Below, one piece after another: positions 44,031 through 53,903 of a stretch of DNA of 64,000 nt. Under the pieces are notes generated by a model, which was given only the letters and a program-made list of their open reading frames with translations, was not told where the DNA came from and ran no database searches. The translations under genes and the position numbers were made by a program. How positions within the stretch are numbered: position 1 is the first letter of the stretch; the number at the start of each line of letters is the position of its first letter. The stretch comes from an uncultured Pseudomonadota bacterium. GTDB lineage: Bacteria; Desulfobacterota; Binatia; Binatales; Binataceae. The stretch lies in assembly GCA_963824565.1 (NCBI GenBank), contig CAWGQB010000026.1, positions 21,438 to 85,437 of the forward strand. Reading direction: 5' to 3'.

Positions 44031-44909
44031 TCAGGAGCCCGCACGTTGGCGGAGCCAGGTGTACCACGAATCCAGCCCGGCGCCGCGGGTGGCGGAAAGC
44101 TCGATGACTTCCAGCTTCGGATTGATGCGGCGCGCATACTCCACGCAGCGCGCAGCGTCGAATTCCAGATGCGGCAGCAGATCCGACTTGCTGAGGATCA
44201 TCACGTCGGCCGCGCGAAACATGTGGGGATACTTAAGCGGCTTGTCCTCGCCCTCGGTAACCGACATGATCACTACCCGCGCCCCCTCTCCGAGGTCGAA
44301 CAGCGCCGGGCACACCAGGTTGCCAACGTTCTCGACCATCACCACCGACCGCGCCGGCGGATCCAGTTCCTTGAGAGCGCGGCTCAGCATCGCCGCATCC
44401 AGATGGCATCCGGTGCCGGTGTTGATCTGAACGACCTTGCAGCCGGTGGCGCGGATTCGCTCGGCGTCGCGCAAAGTCTCCTGGTCGCCTTCGATCACGG
44501 AAAGCGCCAACTCAAAGCCGAGATCTCGAATCGTTCGCTCCAGCAAAGTGGTTTTGCCGGCGCCGGGCGAGCTCATCAAATTCAAAGCAAAGATCTGCCG
44601 GCCCTCGAACCATCCGCGGTTGCGCTCAGCGAGCAGGTTGTTCTTGGCCAGGATATCCTGCTCGAGCCGAATCGTTCGATGGACGGAATCGTCATGCTGA
44701 TGGTCGTGGTGATGCTCATGATTGGGAGCGTCATCATTGCCCAAATGAACATGCTCTTGGGGATGAGAATGGCCGGCCTGCTGGCCGTGATCGTGATGCG
44801 AATGCTCATACGCATGGGTTGGGTGCGAAGCATTCGACGCGGCATTCAAGCGGTCGGGGTTGGTAACTACCGGCTGATCGCCGGAGGAGCATCCGCAAGT
44901 GCTACACAT
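44031..44909 (-). CDS. hypB: Hydrogenase nickel-incorporation GTPase HypB (His-rich N-terminus)
   Basis: MCSTCGC metal site, a His-rich stretch (HEHHHDHQHDD), P-loop SSPGAGKTTLL and ENVGNLVCP. Confidence 0.95.
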   Translation of the reverse strand: MCSTCGCSSGDQPVVTNPDRLNAASNASHPTHAYEHSHHDHGQQAGHSHPQEHVHLGNDDAPNHEHHHDHQHDDSVHRTIRLEQDILAKNNLLAERNRGWFEGRQIFALNLMSSPGAGKTTLLERTIRDLGFELALSVIEGDQETLRDAERIRATGCKVVQINTGTGCHLDAAMLSRALKELDPPARSVVMVENVGNLVCPALFDLGEGARVVIMSVTEGEDKPLKYPHMFRAADVMILSKSDLLPHLEFDAARCVEYARRINPKLEVIELSATRGAGLDSWYTWLRQRAGS

Positions 44910-45237
44910 CGGCTATCTCCACTTCCCTAATCTTGAGTTCCTGTCCGCCGATAAGCTCGAAGTCCATGCTGCCACATCGACACAAGGCGAGAAGATCTTC
45001 GATTTCGAAGCTGGCGGCGCACTGGCGGCATCGCGCCCGGCCTGGCGATTGGATAATTTCGAGCCGCGCTCCTTCGAGCGGGGTGTCCTGGGCGCAGATA
45101 TCGAAGCAAAAGCGCACCGAGTCGCAGACTACACCTGAAAGCTTGCCGATTTCGAGCATGACGCGCGTCACCTTCGCATCGCCAACGCGTTGGCTGACCT
45201 GCATCACCACGCTTTCCGTGATTGCCAGTTCGTGCAC
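44902..45237 (-). CDS. hypA: Hydrogenase nickel insertion protein HypA
   Basis: MHELAITESVV... and the Zn site CRQC...CRCG. 111 aa. Confidence 0.9.
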   Translation of the reverse strand: MHELAITESVVMQVSQRVGDAKVTRVMLEIGKLSGVVCDSVRFCFDICAQDTPLEGARLEIIQSPGRARCRQCAASFEIEDLLALCRCGSMDFELIGGQELKIREVEIADV

Positions 45238-45247
45238 GGCGGTTGAG

Positions 45248-45637
45248 TCACTGAGTCCGTTCGCGAACTTCGGACGCCCCCTGCTCCAGCCATTGCATCA
45301 CCATCGCGGCACCGGTTGATACCAGACCCTGAATCTCGGCCGACTGCGAGATCTTCTCCCACAGTCCCTCGAGGTTGCCATTCGCGCCTGTGGTCTGCTT
45401 GATCGGCTCGGCCCAGAATTCATCGCCCAACGAGGAAACGCCGGCGATCCACTTCCCGGCCGCTTCCCCGCCGCGATGTATCACGCTTTCCAGGGTTGCT
45501 GACAGCGTAGTTGCGAGAGCCTGGTAGTCTTCGGATTCCTTGATCGTCTGCCACGCTTTGAGCATGTCATCGAGAGCGTTCGGCCCGGTGCTGCTGCCGA
45601 GATAGTAGCCGATAGCGAAGCCAAGTAACGTGCCCAT
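45248..45637 (-). CDS. Hypothetical protein embedded between hypF and hypA
   Basis: Intact 129-aa ORF in tight same-strand spacing. Gly-zipper-like N-terminus (MGTLLGFAIGYYLGSS). No known motif. Confidence 0.5.
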   Translation of the reverse strand: MGTLLGFAIGYYLGSSTGPNALDDMLKAWQTIKESEDYQALATTLSATLESVIHRGGEAAGKWIAGVSSLGDEFWAEPIKQTTGANGNLEGLWEKISQSAEIQGLVSTGAAMVMQWLEQGASEVRERTQ

Positions 45638-45706
45638 TTTGAACCCTCCCTGACGATACGTGCTGTTTTAGTGCCGATAAACCCTGCTTGCCCTTATAAA
45701 GTCGCG

Positions 45707-48019
45707 TCACGCCGATGCGAAAATATGGTCTCGCGCGGCGGCAATCGCGGCCTGGCCGAACGCGATCCCGCCGTCGTTCGCGGGCGCCCGACAATGCGTG
45801 AGCACGCGAAACTTGAGCAACTTCAAACGCCTGCAAGTACGCTCAAGCAGGAGGGCATTCTGGAATACGCCACCGCTGAGCGCCACAGTCTCAAGTCCAT
45901 GCTTGTAGCGAATCGCGTCACAGACATCGGCAATCACTTGCGCTATCGCGTTGTGAAAACGCGCAGCCACGATTTCACGCGGCATTCCGGTGCGAAGATC
46001 GTCGATCGCGGCGCGAACCAGGTCCGCACCGCTGATCCGAATTGCTCCAGATACAGTAAAAGCGGCGCGATAAGAGCCGTTTTCAAACGCATCCGCCATC
46101 TGCTCGAACTCAACCGCCGCCTGACCCTCGTAGTTGACCAGGTCGCGTACCCCCGCGATCGAGGCGACCGCGTCGAACAGCCGTCCGGCGCTTGAGGTCA
46201 TGGGCGAGTTAACCCGCCCATGAAGTGCGGCCGCGACGCCATTCCAGTGGCGGCGGTTGCGCTGATAAACGGCGAGCCCGGCGGGTTCGCAGCCGATCGC
46301 TTCAATGTACGCCAGCGCCATACGCCACGGCTGCTTGATTGCCGCCACGCCCCCAGGCATCGGCACCGGCTCGAAGTATCCGGCCCGCGTAAAGCCGCGC
46401 AAATCGGCAATCAGAAATTCCCCTCCCCACAGCGTGGCGTCGGCGCCGTAGCCTAGCCCATCGAAGGCGACTCCGATTGCCGGCCCCTGCTCGGAGTTAT
46501 CGGCGAGGCAGGCCGCGATGTGCGCGTGATGGTGCTGAACGCCAAGCAGTTCGACTCCCTGAAGATCGGCGGCATACTTGGTCGAAAGATATTCAGGATG
46601 GAGATCGTGAACGACTATCCGCGGGCTCACCTCGAACAGGCGGCAAAACTGATCGATTCCTTCGTTGAAGGCACGCAGGCTCTGATAGTTTTCCAGGTCA
46701 CCGATATGCTGCGACAAAAAGGCGTGGCGATCCCGCACCACGCAGAAGGTGTTTTTCAGCTCGGCGCCGCAGGCCAGCAGCGGACGGCGGGCAGACAACG
46801 GCAGCGTCAGCGGCTGGGGCGCATAACCCCGCGAGCGCCGGATTGGCATCTCCCGGCCGAAAAATACCCGCACCACGGAATCATCCGTGCGGGTATGGAT
46901 CGGACGATCATGGACCAGGAAAACATCGGCAATCGCGCCGAGCCGTCGCCGTGCGTCATCGTCTTGGTAGGCGATTGGCTCGTCCGACACGTTGCCGCTG
47001 GTCAGCACAATCGGCGCGCCGAAGCGCTCGCACAGCAGATGATGGATCGGCGTATACGGAAGCATCAGGCCGATATGGCGGTTGACCGGCGCGACGGCAG
47101 CCGCCAATGCCGCTTCGGGATGCCGCCGCACCAATACGATCGGACGTCGCACTCCCGCCAGCACGTGCGCCTCGCCTTCGTCGATAACGGCCAGACGCCT
47201 CGCCGCGGTGATATCGGCTACCATCACGGCGAAGGGCTTGTCTTCGCGATGTTTGCGCGAGCGCAACGCGCTAACGGCGGCATCGTTGGCGGCGGCCGCC
47301 GCAAGATGATAGCCGCCCAGTCCTTTGATCGCCGCAATGCGTCCCGCCCCGAGCCATTGCGCGGCGGTTTCGATCGGCTCACCCGGCAGCTCCTGGCCCT
47401 CGCGGTCAAGCAGAGTCAGCCGCGGCCCGCAATCCGGGCATGAGATCGGTTGAGCATGGAAGCGGCGATTTGTGGGGTCGTGGTATTCATGCGCGCAACG
47501 CGCGCACATCTCGAATCCGGCCATCGTCGTCGCAAGCCGATCGTACGGCGTGTCGCGCACAATCGTGAAGCGCGGACCACAATTGGTGCAGTTGGTAAAA
47601 GGATACCGGTAACGGCGATCCGATGGATCGAATAGCTCGCGCAGACAGTCGGCGCAGGTGGCGGTATCCGGCGCGATCAGCGTCTGACGCGCTCCGGTTC
47701 CGCGGCTGGCGATAATCCTGAATTCGCGCTCAGCTCTGATCGCAATCCGCTCGACGGACACGCGCTCGATCACCGCCAGCGGCGGCGCTTCGCGCGTCAA
47801 GCGCGAGATGAAATCTGCTGTCTGCGACTCCGAACCTTCGATTTCAACGATCACGCCACGTCGATCGTTGGCAACATAACCGGCCACTCCCACCCGCGCC
47901 GCCAACGCATGCACGAACGGACGGAAGCCAACTCCTTGCACAATACCCTCGACTCGGATTAGCGTTCGGATGGAGGGAGTTGCTCCGGCCGTTGCTGGTG
48001 AAGCGTGGTTCATGCCCAT
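45707..48019 (-). CDS. hypF: Carbamoyltransferase HypF
   Basis: Acylphosphatase (VEGIVQGVGFRPF), two Zn fingers (CADC...CTNCGPRF; CARC...CPDCGPRL), and YrdC and Kae1-like parts. The start is taken at M72/M74 of the ORF (48019/48013); the upstream extension overlaps the divergent hypC. Confidence 0.9.
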   Translation of the reverse strand: MGMNHASPATAGATPSIRTLIRVEGIVQGVGFRPFVHALAARVGVAGYVANDRRGVIVEIEGSESQTADFISRLTREAPPLAVIERVSVERIAIRAEREFRIIASRGTGARQTLIAPDTATCADCLRELFDPSDRRYRYPFTNCTNCGPRFTIVRDTPYDRLATTMAGFEMCARCAHEYHDPTNRRFHAQPISCPDCGPRLTLLDREGQELPGEPIETAAQWLGAGRIAAIKGLGGYHLAAAAANDAAVSALRSRKHREDKPFAVMVADITAARRLAVIDEGEAHVLAGVRRPIVLVRRHPEAALAAAVAPVNRHIGLMLPYTPIHHLLCERFGAPIVLTSGNVSDEPIAYQDDDARRRLGAIADVFLVHDRPIHTRTDDSVVRVFFGREMPIRRSRGYAPQPLTLPLSARRPLLACGAELKNTFCVVRDRHAFLSQHIGDLENYQSLRAFNEGIDQFCRLFEVSPRIVVHDLHPEYLSTKYAADLQGVELLGVQHHHAHIAACLADNSEQGPAIGVAFDGLGYGADATLWGGEFLIADLRGFTRAGYFEPVPMPGGVAAIKQPWRMALAYIEAIGCEPAGLAVYQRNRRHWNGVAAALHGRVNSPMTSSAGRLFDAVASIAGVRDLVNYEGQAAVEFEQMADAFENGSYRAAFTVSGAIRISGADLVRAAIDDLRTGMPREIVAARFHNAIAQVIADVCDAIRYKHGLETVALSGGVFQNALLLERTCRRLKLLKFRVLTHCRAPANDGGIAFGQAAIAAARDHIFASA

Positions 48020-48082
48020 CAGTCCCGGCCAGTCGCCCAGTTCTCGCGATTTCGCACCGCCGCACCGCATCGAGGTTTTCCC

Positions 48083-48343
48083 ATGTGTCTGGGTATCGTC
48101 GGCCAAATCGTCACCATCTCCGAACAGCATCCGGAACTCGCCAAAGTGGACGTCGCCGGAACAACGCGCGACATCAATATCATGATGCTTGCGGACGATG
48201 GACTTAAGCACGGCGATTGGATCCTGATCCACGCCGGATTCGCGATGGAAAAAATCGATGAAGAAACCGCCCGCGAGCAGATGGCGGCCTTGCGTGAGTA
48301 TACCGGCGGTCCGCCCGATAGCGCGGACGAGGAGGATGAATGA
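48083..48343 (+). CDS. hypC: HypC/HupF-family hydrogenase chaperone (second copy, divergent from hypF)
   Basis: Starts MCLGIVGQIV (essential N-terminal Cys2) ...GDWILIHAGFAMEKIDEE. The ORF-track start at 48005 is rejected in favour of ATG 48083. Confidence 0.85.
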   Translation: MCLGIVGQIVTISEQHPELAKVDVAGTTRDINIMMLADDGLKHGDWILIHAGFAMEKIDEETAREQMAALREYTGGPPDSADEEDE

Positions 48344-48416
48344 GCGGCAACATCAGGTGCGGCGCCGCGGCGCGTCCGCTCATGTCTTGCGGCATTAAAG
48401 ACGGCTGGGGCAGAGG

Positions 48417-48716
48417 ATGAAATTTCTGGTGATTTGGCAGATCGAAATCGCGTTGCTGTCGCGCGAAATCCTGAAGTCGGTGGCCAGGATGCCGGAATAC
48501 GCGCAGCCACTGGAGCAGCAGGGTAAGATCCTGTCGCGTTATCACATCCCCGGCTCGCATGGCGGCGCGTGGATCTATGACGTGCAATCCAACGAAGAGC
48601 TCGACATGCTCCTGGCCCGCTCTCCGGTGTACAACTACTCCCGCTACCAAGTCTACCCGCTGGCGGACATGACGCCACCAGGTTTTGCGGAAACTCCGGA
48701 GAAACCCACACCCTAA
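48417..48716 (+). CDS. Muconolactone isomerase (MIase)-family small protein
   Basis: EQQGKILSRYHIPGSHGGAWIYDVQSNEELDMLLARSPVYNYSRYQVYPL parallels the MIase core as I recall it (QRQGKW..IWRIAG...IFDVESNEELH.IL.SLPLFPYM.IEV.PL). Confidence 0.65.
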   Translation: MKFLVIWQIEIALLSREILKSVARMPEYAQPLEQQGKILSRYHIPGSHGGAWIYDVQSNEELDMLLARSPVYNYSRYQVYPLADMTPPGFAETPEKPTP

Positions 48717-48740
48717 CCCTCTCCCTGGTCAGGGAGAGGG
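48705..48740. repeat. Hairpin repeat copy (cccacaccctaa + ccctctccc-tggtca-gggagaggg)
   Basis: Read directly from the sequence. It overlaps the last codons and stop of the MIase-like gene. Confidence 0.8.
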
Positions 48741-48930
48741 CATCAGAGATTGCCTTATGGTGAGGCCGGAGGCGATCGAAAACCGCGCAAGCATTTCTTT
48801 TTCTGGCGTCTCCCTGACCAGGCAGTGTCGAAAAATGACCGCTCCGGGCTGGCGCCTGCTGACCAGGTCCGCAGGCGTGGGCGAGGCAGGATTCATTTTT
48901 GACCGGTAAGAGCATCCCTCTCGCCCCATT

Positions 48931-49992
48931 TCAGCAGATCCGTGGCAACGCCTCGCCAAACGGCAAATCCAGGACCCGCTCGCCGCCGACCGGCGTTTTC
49001 AGGATTACGAATCCCGGATGACTGTCAGTAACGTGTCCGATGCGTGCGGCGTCGCGTCCCAGCGGATGACGCACGTAGAGCCTCCAGCACTCGGCTGCTG
49101 TGCTCTTCGGGCACGAAAGCGACCAGCTTACCTTCGTTGGCGACCAGCAAGGGATCGAGTCCCAGGATCTCGCATGCCCCACGCACAGTGTCGCGTATCG
49201 GAATCGAGGTCTCGTCCACTTCGATCCCGAGATGGCGGCGCGAGGCGATTTCGACCAGCGTCGCCGCAAGTCCGCCGCGCGTCGGATCGCGCATCGCATG
49301 AATCGTCGGACACGCCCGCAAAGCCGCAGCCGCCAGCTCGTGCAGCGGAGCCGTATCGCTGAGCAATCGCCTTCGAACTCCAGACCCTCGCGCCGCGACA
49401 GGATCGCGATACCATGGTCGCCGATCGTGCCCGAAAGTAGGATCGCATCGCCGGGACTGACCCGCGATGACGAAAGCTCGATGCCCCGCGGGACCAGGCC
49501 GATCCCCGAAGTGTTGATGAATACCTTGTCGCCACTGCCTTTGCCGACCACCTTGGTATCGCCGGTCACGATTCGCACGCCGGCGCGCTCAGCCGCGCGC
49601 CGCGCCGATTCCACCACACGCTCCAGATCGGAAATCAGCAGCCCTTCTTCGAGAATAAACGCGAGCGAGAGGTAGAGCGGACGCGCCCCGCCCATCGCCA
49701 GATCATTGACGGTGCCGTTGACAGCTAACTCGCCGATATCGCCGCCGGGGAAAAAAATCGGCGTCACCACGTAGGAGTCGGTGGTAAACGCCAGGCGCGA
49801 GCCGTTAATCGACAGCACCGCCTGGTCGTCGAGCAGTTCGAGCTCGGGATTGCGAAACGCCGGCAGAATCAGATTTTCGATCAGTTGGGCGCTGAGCTTG
49901 CCGCCGCTGCCATGCCCCATCAGCACTTGCTCAACCTTGGAGATCGGCAGTGGACATTGCCCAAATGGCATCTCGCGGTCATCAGATGACAT
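48931..49992 (-). pseudogene. hypE: Hydrogenase maturation protein HypE, 2 frameshifts (about 49370 and 49085)
   Basis: GHGSGG, TTDSYVV.P.FFPGGDIG and GDTKVV motifs, then a middle section in ORF 49025..49366, then the C-terminal ...LPRIC back in the first frame. The start (49992 vs 49971) is uncertain. Confidence 0.85.
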
Positions 49993-50564
49993 CGTCCGCT
50001 CCCATCGTGACATGCAACAGATCCCATAGCTGATGAAGCAACGCGGTGTGGGTTTCCTGGATCCGGTGAATCGACCACGACTTCACGGTGAAACAGTAAT
50101 CACACAGCGCCGGCATCTGTCCGCCGTCGCGGCCGGCGAAGCCGACCGTGAGCAAGCCCTTGTCGCGCGCGCGGCGCAGGGCGCGATTGACATTGGCCGA
50201 CGCTCCCGAGGTCGAGATACCCAGCGCTACGTCTTCGGGCCGCGCCAGCAGATTCAAGCTGATCGACAAACACGTAAGAGAAATCCTTGTCGTTGCCGAT
50301 CGCGGTCAGGGTGGCGGCGTCGATAGTCAGCGCCATCGCCGGCAGCGGCTTGCGCTTTTCAATGATCGGATGCTGGAATTCGACCGCGATATGCTGCGCG
50401 TCGCAGGACGAACCGCCATTGCCCATGGCAATCAATCTGCCACCGCGATTGAAGCGCTCGGCGACATCGCGCACGCATCGCTCCAACGCATCGGCGTTCT
50501 CGGCAAAGAAACTCATCATCAGGTCGGCGCTTTCCTGTGCCTTGCGGAGGATCGCCTCCCTCAT
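49982..50564 (-). pseudogene. SIS-domain (GmhA/phosphoheptose-isomerase-like) protein, one frameshift near 50265
   Basis: GGRLIAMGNGGSSCDAQHIAVEF... (ORF 50100..50564) continues as ...LGISTSGASANVNRALRRARDKGLLTVGF (ORF 49982..50269). Confidence 0.75.
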
Positions 50565-51689
50565 CTGCCGACTGCCTCCGCGGATTCGCTAACCTTGGTG
50601 TCGAGATAGCGCCCATACTGATAGTAGGCGGCGCATGCGCCCTCCGCCGAAACCATGGTCGCGCCGAGCGGGTTTTGCGGCGTGCATTGGCGGCCGAACG
50701 CCGGACAGTCGGAGGGCTTTTTGAGGCCCCGCAGGATCAGGCCGCTGATACATTCGGACGACTCGCGGGTATCGATATGGCCGACTTCGAAGATCTTTTC
50801 CGCGTCGTGGTCGCGATATTCGTAACTGATTTTGTAGCCCGATTTCGGAATCGAACCGACGCCGCGCCATTTGCGGTCGCCAACTTCGAACACTTCGAAG
50901 ATCAAATCGCGCGCCGCGCGGTTGCCTTCTCTCGAGACCGCACGCACGTACTGATTTTCGACTTCGGCGCGGCCATCTTCGAGCTGGCGCACCGCCATCA
51001 GGATACCTTCGAGCAGGTCGATCGGCTCGAAGCCGGTAATCACTATCGGCACTCGATAGTGCTCGCACAGCGATTCATACTCGCGGTAGCCCATCACGGC
51101 GCACACATGACCGGGGCCGAGAAAGGCCTGCACACGATTACCGGGGGCCTGAAGGATCGCGGCCATCGCCGGCGGCACCAATACGTGCGAGACCAGCATC
51201 GAGAAGTTCTTGACTCCGAGCCGCTTGGCCTGATGGATCGCCATCGCGTTGGCCGGCGCCGTGGTTTCGAATCCGATGCCGAAGAACACCACCTTGCGAT
51301 CCGGGTTCTCGCGCGCGATCTTGACCGCGTCCAGCGGCGAGTACACCACTCGCACGTCGGCGCCTCGGCTCTTGAGCGTGAGCAGGTCGCAGCTGCGAGC
51401 CCGGCACCCGCAGCATGTCGCCGAACGAGGTGAATATCACTTCGGGCCGCGACGCGATCGCGTGCGCGCGATCGATCATCTCCAGCGAAGTCACGCATAC
51501 CGGGCATCCGGGACCATGGACCAACTCGATCGCGGACGGCACCATGCGGTCGATCCCATAACGGACGATCGAATGCGTCTGGCCGCCGCAGACTTCCATC
51601 AGGACCCATGGCTTGGTCACCACCGCGCCAATCTTGCGGGTCAGCCCGGCGGCAATCTCACTGTTACGGTATTCGTCGAGATATTTCAC
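50561..51689 (-). pseudogene. hypD: Hydrogenase maturation protein HypD, one frameshift near 51395
   Basis: (V)KYLDEYRN...EVCGGQTHS...HGPGCPVCV (ORF 51138..51860), then [10 protein letters not shown]...FETTAP...PGHV (ORF 50561..51355). GTG start in a GTGA overlap with hypC. Confidence 0.9.
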
Positions 51690-51955
51690 CGCGGCCCTCC
51701 GTCGTGGGCAGCGTCGGCGGTCAACTCCGACGTCTGGCCCAGATCTTCGAGCACCCGGTAGGCGCGCGCGGCTTCTTCCGGATCGATTTTGGAGATCGCA
51801 AACCCGACATGGACCACGACAAACTCGCCGGGCTCCGCGTCGGGCACGTACTGCAGACATACCTCGCGCGTGATGCCGGCGAAGCGCACCTTGCCGACGC
51901 GCAAACCCTTATCCTCGCGGATTTCGACAATCTCGCCCGGAATGCCCAAACACAT
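51686..51955 (-). CDS. hypC: HypC hydrogenase chaperone
   Basis: [12 protein letters not shown]...[20 protein letters not shown]. Confidence 0.9.
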   Translation of the reverse strand: MCLGIPGEIVEIREDKGLRVGKVRFAGITREVCLQYVPDAEPGEFVVVHVGFAISKIDPEEAARAYRVLEDLGQTSELTADAAHDGGPR

Positions 51956-51989
51956 CGAATCGGTCTCCTTAGTGGGGTCACGCGTAGGG

Positions 51990-52502
51990 TCAGCTTTGCT
52001 TCTGGCCCACTATATGCGCGCGCACCTTTACATCGGGATAAACCTTCAGCATCAGGATGCGCGGGGGCGTCAGCCCAAAATCCCGAATGTCGAAGGTCTG
52101 CTCTCCTTCGGCCTCGAAACTCCCGTCGTCAAGGACGCGCAGCTTCACCTCGCCTTCGACCGGCTTGCTGACTCCGTGCACCGACAGGTTGCCGCGGATC
52201 TTATAGCGGTGGCCCGCCTCGAGTTCCTTGACTTCGACAATCTCGCCGCGAATCCGCGGATACTTGCGCACCTCGAGTTGGCGTTCCAACTCGCGGTCGT
52301 AGAGCATGTTTCCGGTCTTGATGCTGTCCACATCGATCTCAAGCTTGCCTTGCGGCGCGACCTTGAGATCGAGTCCGCCCGGGTTCAGCTCGGCCTCGAC
52401 GAATCCCCCTACGCCGGTGGCCTCCGCCTTTATCGGATGGAGGCTCGAGCGCGCCTCGAACGATAGGCGGGAGCTGGCCGGCGTTATCCTGTAACGCGCC
52501 AC
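51990..52502 (-). CDS. YceI-family (lipid/polyisoprenoid-binding-like) protein
   Basis: YRITPASSRLSFEARSSLHPIKAEATGVGGFVE...KIRGNLSVHGVSKPVEGEV resembles YceI-like domains. 170 aa, no obvious signal peptide. Confidence 0.65.
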   Translation of the reverse strand: MARYRITPASSRLSFEARSSLHPIKAEATGVGGFVEAELNPGGLDLKVAPQGKLEIDVDSIKTGNMLYDRELERQLEVRKYPRIRGEIVEVKELEAGHRYKIRGNLSVHGVSKPVEGEVKLRVLDDGSFEAEGEQTFDIRDFGLTPPRILMLKVYPDVKVRAHIVGQKQS

Positions 52503-52505
52503 CGC

Positions 52506-52607
52506 TTACATCTCGCGCATCTTCACATAGCGGGCGATGTCCGGGATCGACGATACCACCACGTAGGCAACCGCAAGCAGCGCAGCCGCGGCAATAAGAT
52601 TTTTCAT
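52506..52607 (-). CDS. 33-aa single-TM microprotein (not in the supplied ORF track)
   Basis: AGGAGA-N8-ATG, then MKNLIAAAALLAVAYVVVSSIPDIARYVKMREM*. It fills the gap between the protease and the YceI gene. It resembles the small IPDI.RY..MR.M proteins I recall near actinobacterial Hhy clusters (from memory, unverified). Confidence 0.55.
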   Translation of the reverse strand: MKNLIAAAALLAVAYVVVSSIPDIARYVKMREM

Positions 52608-52634
52608 GCTTCTTCTCTCTCCTATTCGGTCTGC

Positions 52635-53159
52635 CTAACGGGCCTGTTGTTCGCCCGCGGGCTTCGGTCCGAGTTCATCCTCAATCAGCCGGCGCACCAC
52701 GCGGCAGGCTTCGTCCACGGCACGCTCGACCACTTCACTCAGTCCCATGCGTTCATCGATCTCCGCCGGTTCGCAGCCTACGATTACGACGCGTCCGACC
52801 TTGCCGCCCAGGTCCTTCAGTATGCCCAGCACCATCTCGGGGTCCATGCCATGGGCGTCCATGACAAAGCCGCTTTCGGTGCGTTCCAAATTCTCCGGCT
52901 GCTCGAAATCGGGCTCCAGCACGAAGATGGTCCCGGGCGGCTCCCCCCGCGCCGCGGCGTCAACCAGGATAAGGGTATCGTAACCCTCCAGGAGCTGATA
53001 GGCGAGGTGAACTCCGCGGATACCGAAGTCCGCAACGTCGATTCCTTCAGGAAACCGCTCGTCAGTCAGCCGCCGCGCGACCTCGACCCCGAATCCATCG
53101 TCGCCCAGGAAAATGTTGCCGACCCCGGCTACCAGGATGCGACGGTTCATAGGCCTCAT
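52635..53159 (-). CDS. [NiFe]-hydrogenase maturation endopeptidase (HyaD/HupD family)
   Basis: ILVAGVGNIFLGDDGFG...LILVDA...HG...VVIVGCEP. ATGA overlap with the upstream gene. Confidence 0.9.
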   Translation of the reverse strand: MRPMNRRILVAGVGNIFLGDDGFGVEVARRLTDERFPEGIDVADFGIRGVHLAYQLLEGYDTLILVDAAARGEPPGTIFVLEPDFEQPENLERTESGFVMDAHGMDPEMVLGILKDLGGKVGRVVIVGCEPAEIDERMGLSEVVERAVDEACRVVRRLIEDELGPKPAGEQQAR

Positions 53160-53896
53160 CGCCCCTCTCCGGCAAGGGGTTCGACTTCGTCGGGCTGAAA
53201 GTAAAGGAAGCGGCCATGGGACTGATAAAGATCGGCGGCCGGATCGTCTTCGAGCGTCACCGCCAGGTAATTGTTATTGTCGACGTCGACAAAGACCGCC
53301 TCGACGCGGGCCATCCGGCCGTCAAGGAACATGTCCTGGGCGTCGGCGCGCTGGAGCCTGGGACGCAGGCGGACGCGGCTGCCCTTGGCCAGCGCGATGC
53401 CGCACACCTCGACGCTGTCGGTTTCGGGCTGCACCGATGCGTCTTCGGCGGGATCCCACCACGGCGGCTTTGGGCTCCTCACCTCCTCGACCTGCCGCAG
53501 GTAGCGAATCGCGCCATGCAGACGGTCGAGCACCTCGGGCGGCATGTTATCGACGCGGTCGATGAGCGCCGCGGCGCGCGGATCGGTGGCGCGGGCTTCG
53601 CGCTTCTCCTCGTCGGTCAGCGCCATCGTACGCAAAGTAAGAATCTCGTCGATCTCGGTAGCGTCGAACAGGTCGGCCGGGCTCTCTGGCGCCACCCGCG
53701 GATAGTCTTCCAGAATGATCGGCGAGGACAGCATCAGGTTGCGCTCGCCCTGCTCACCCGCCATCACCGGCCAGGTGCGCACATTGGTGCAGGATTGGGC
53801 CGCACCGGCAGCCCAATGGGGCGGATCAACCATCGAAACGAACGCGCCGTCCTCCACGCCCAGCAAGGTGTGAACGCCGACAAAAAACGACGCCAT
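53156..53896 (-). CDS. Hydrogenase-cluster hypothetical protein (246 aa); may be the C-terminal part of the 53904..54513 gene
   Basis: Intact ORF, protein-like and acidic. There is only an 8-nt gap to the upstream ORF. No known motif. Confidence 0.5.
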   Translation of the reverse strand: MASFFVGVHTLLGVEDGAFVSMVDPPHWAAGAAQSCTNVRTWPVMAGEQGERNLMLSSPIILEDYPRVAPESPADLFDATEIDEILTLRTMALTDEEKREARATDPRAAALIDRVDNMPPEVLDRLHGAIRYLRQVEEVRSPKPPWWDPAEDASVQPETDSVEVCGIALAKGSRVRLRPRLQRADAQDMFLDGRMARVEAVFVDVDNNNYLAVTLEDDPAADLYQSHGRFLYFQPDEVEPLAGEGR

Positions 53897-53903
53897 GACC
53901 TCT

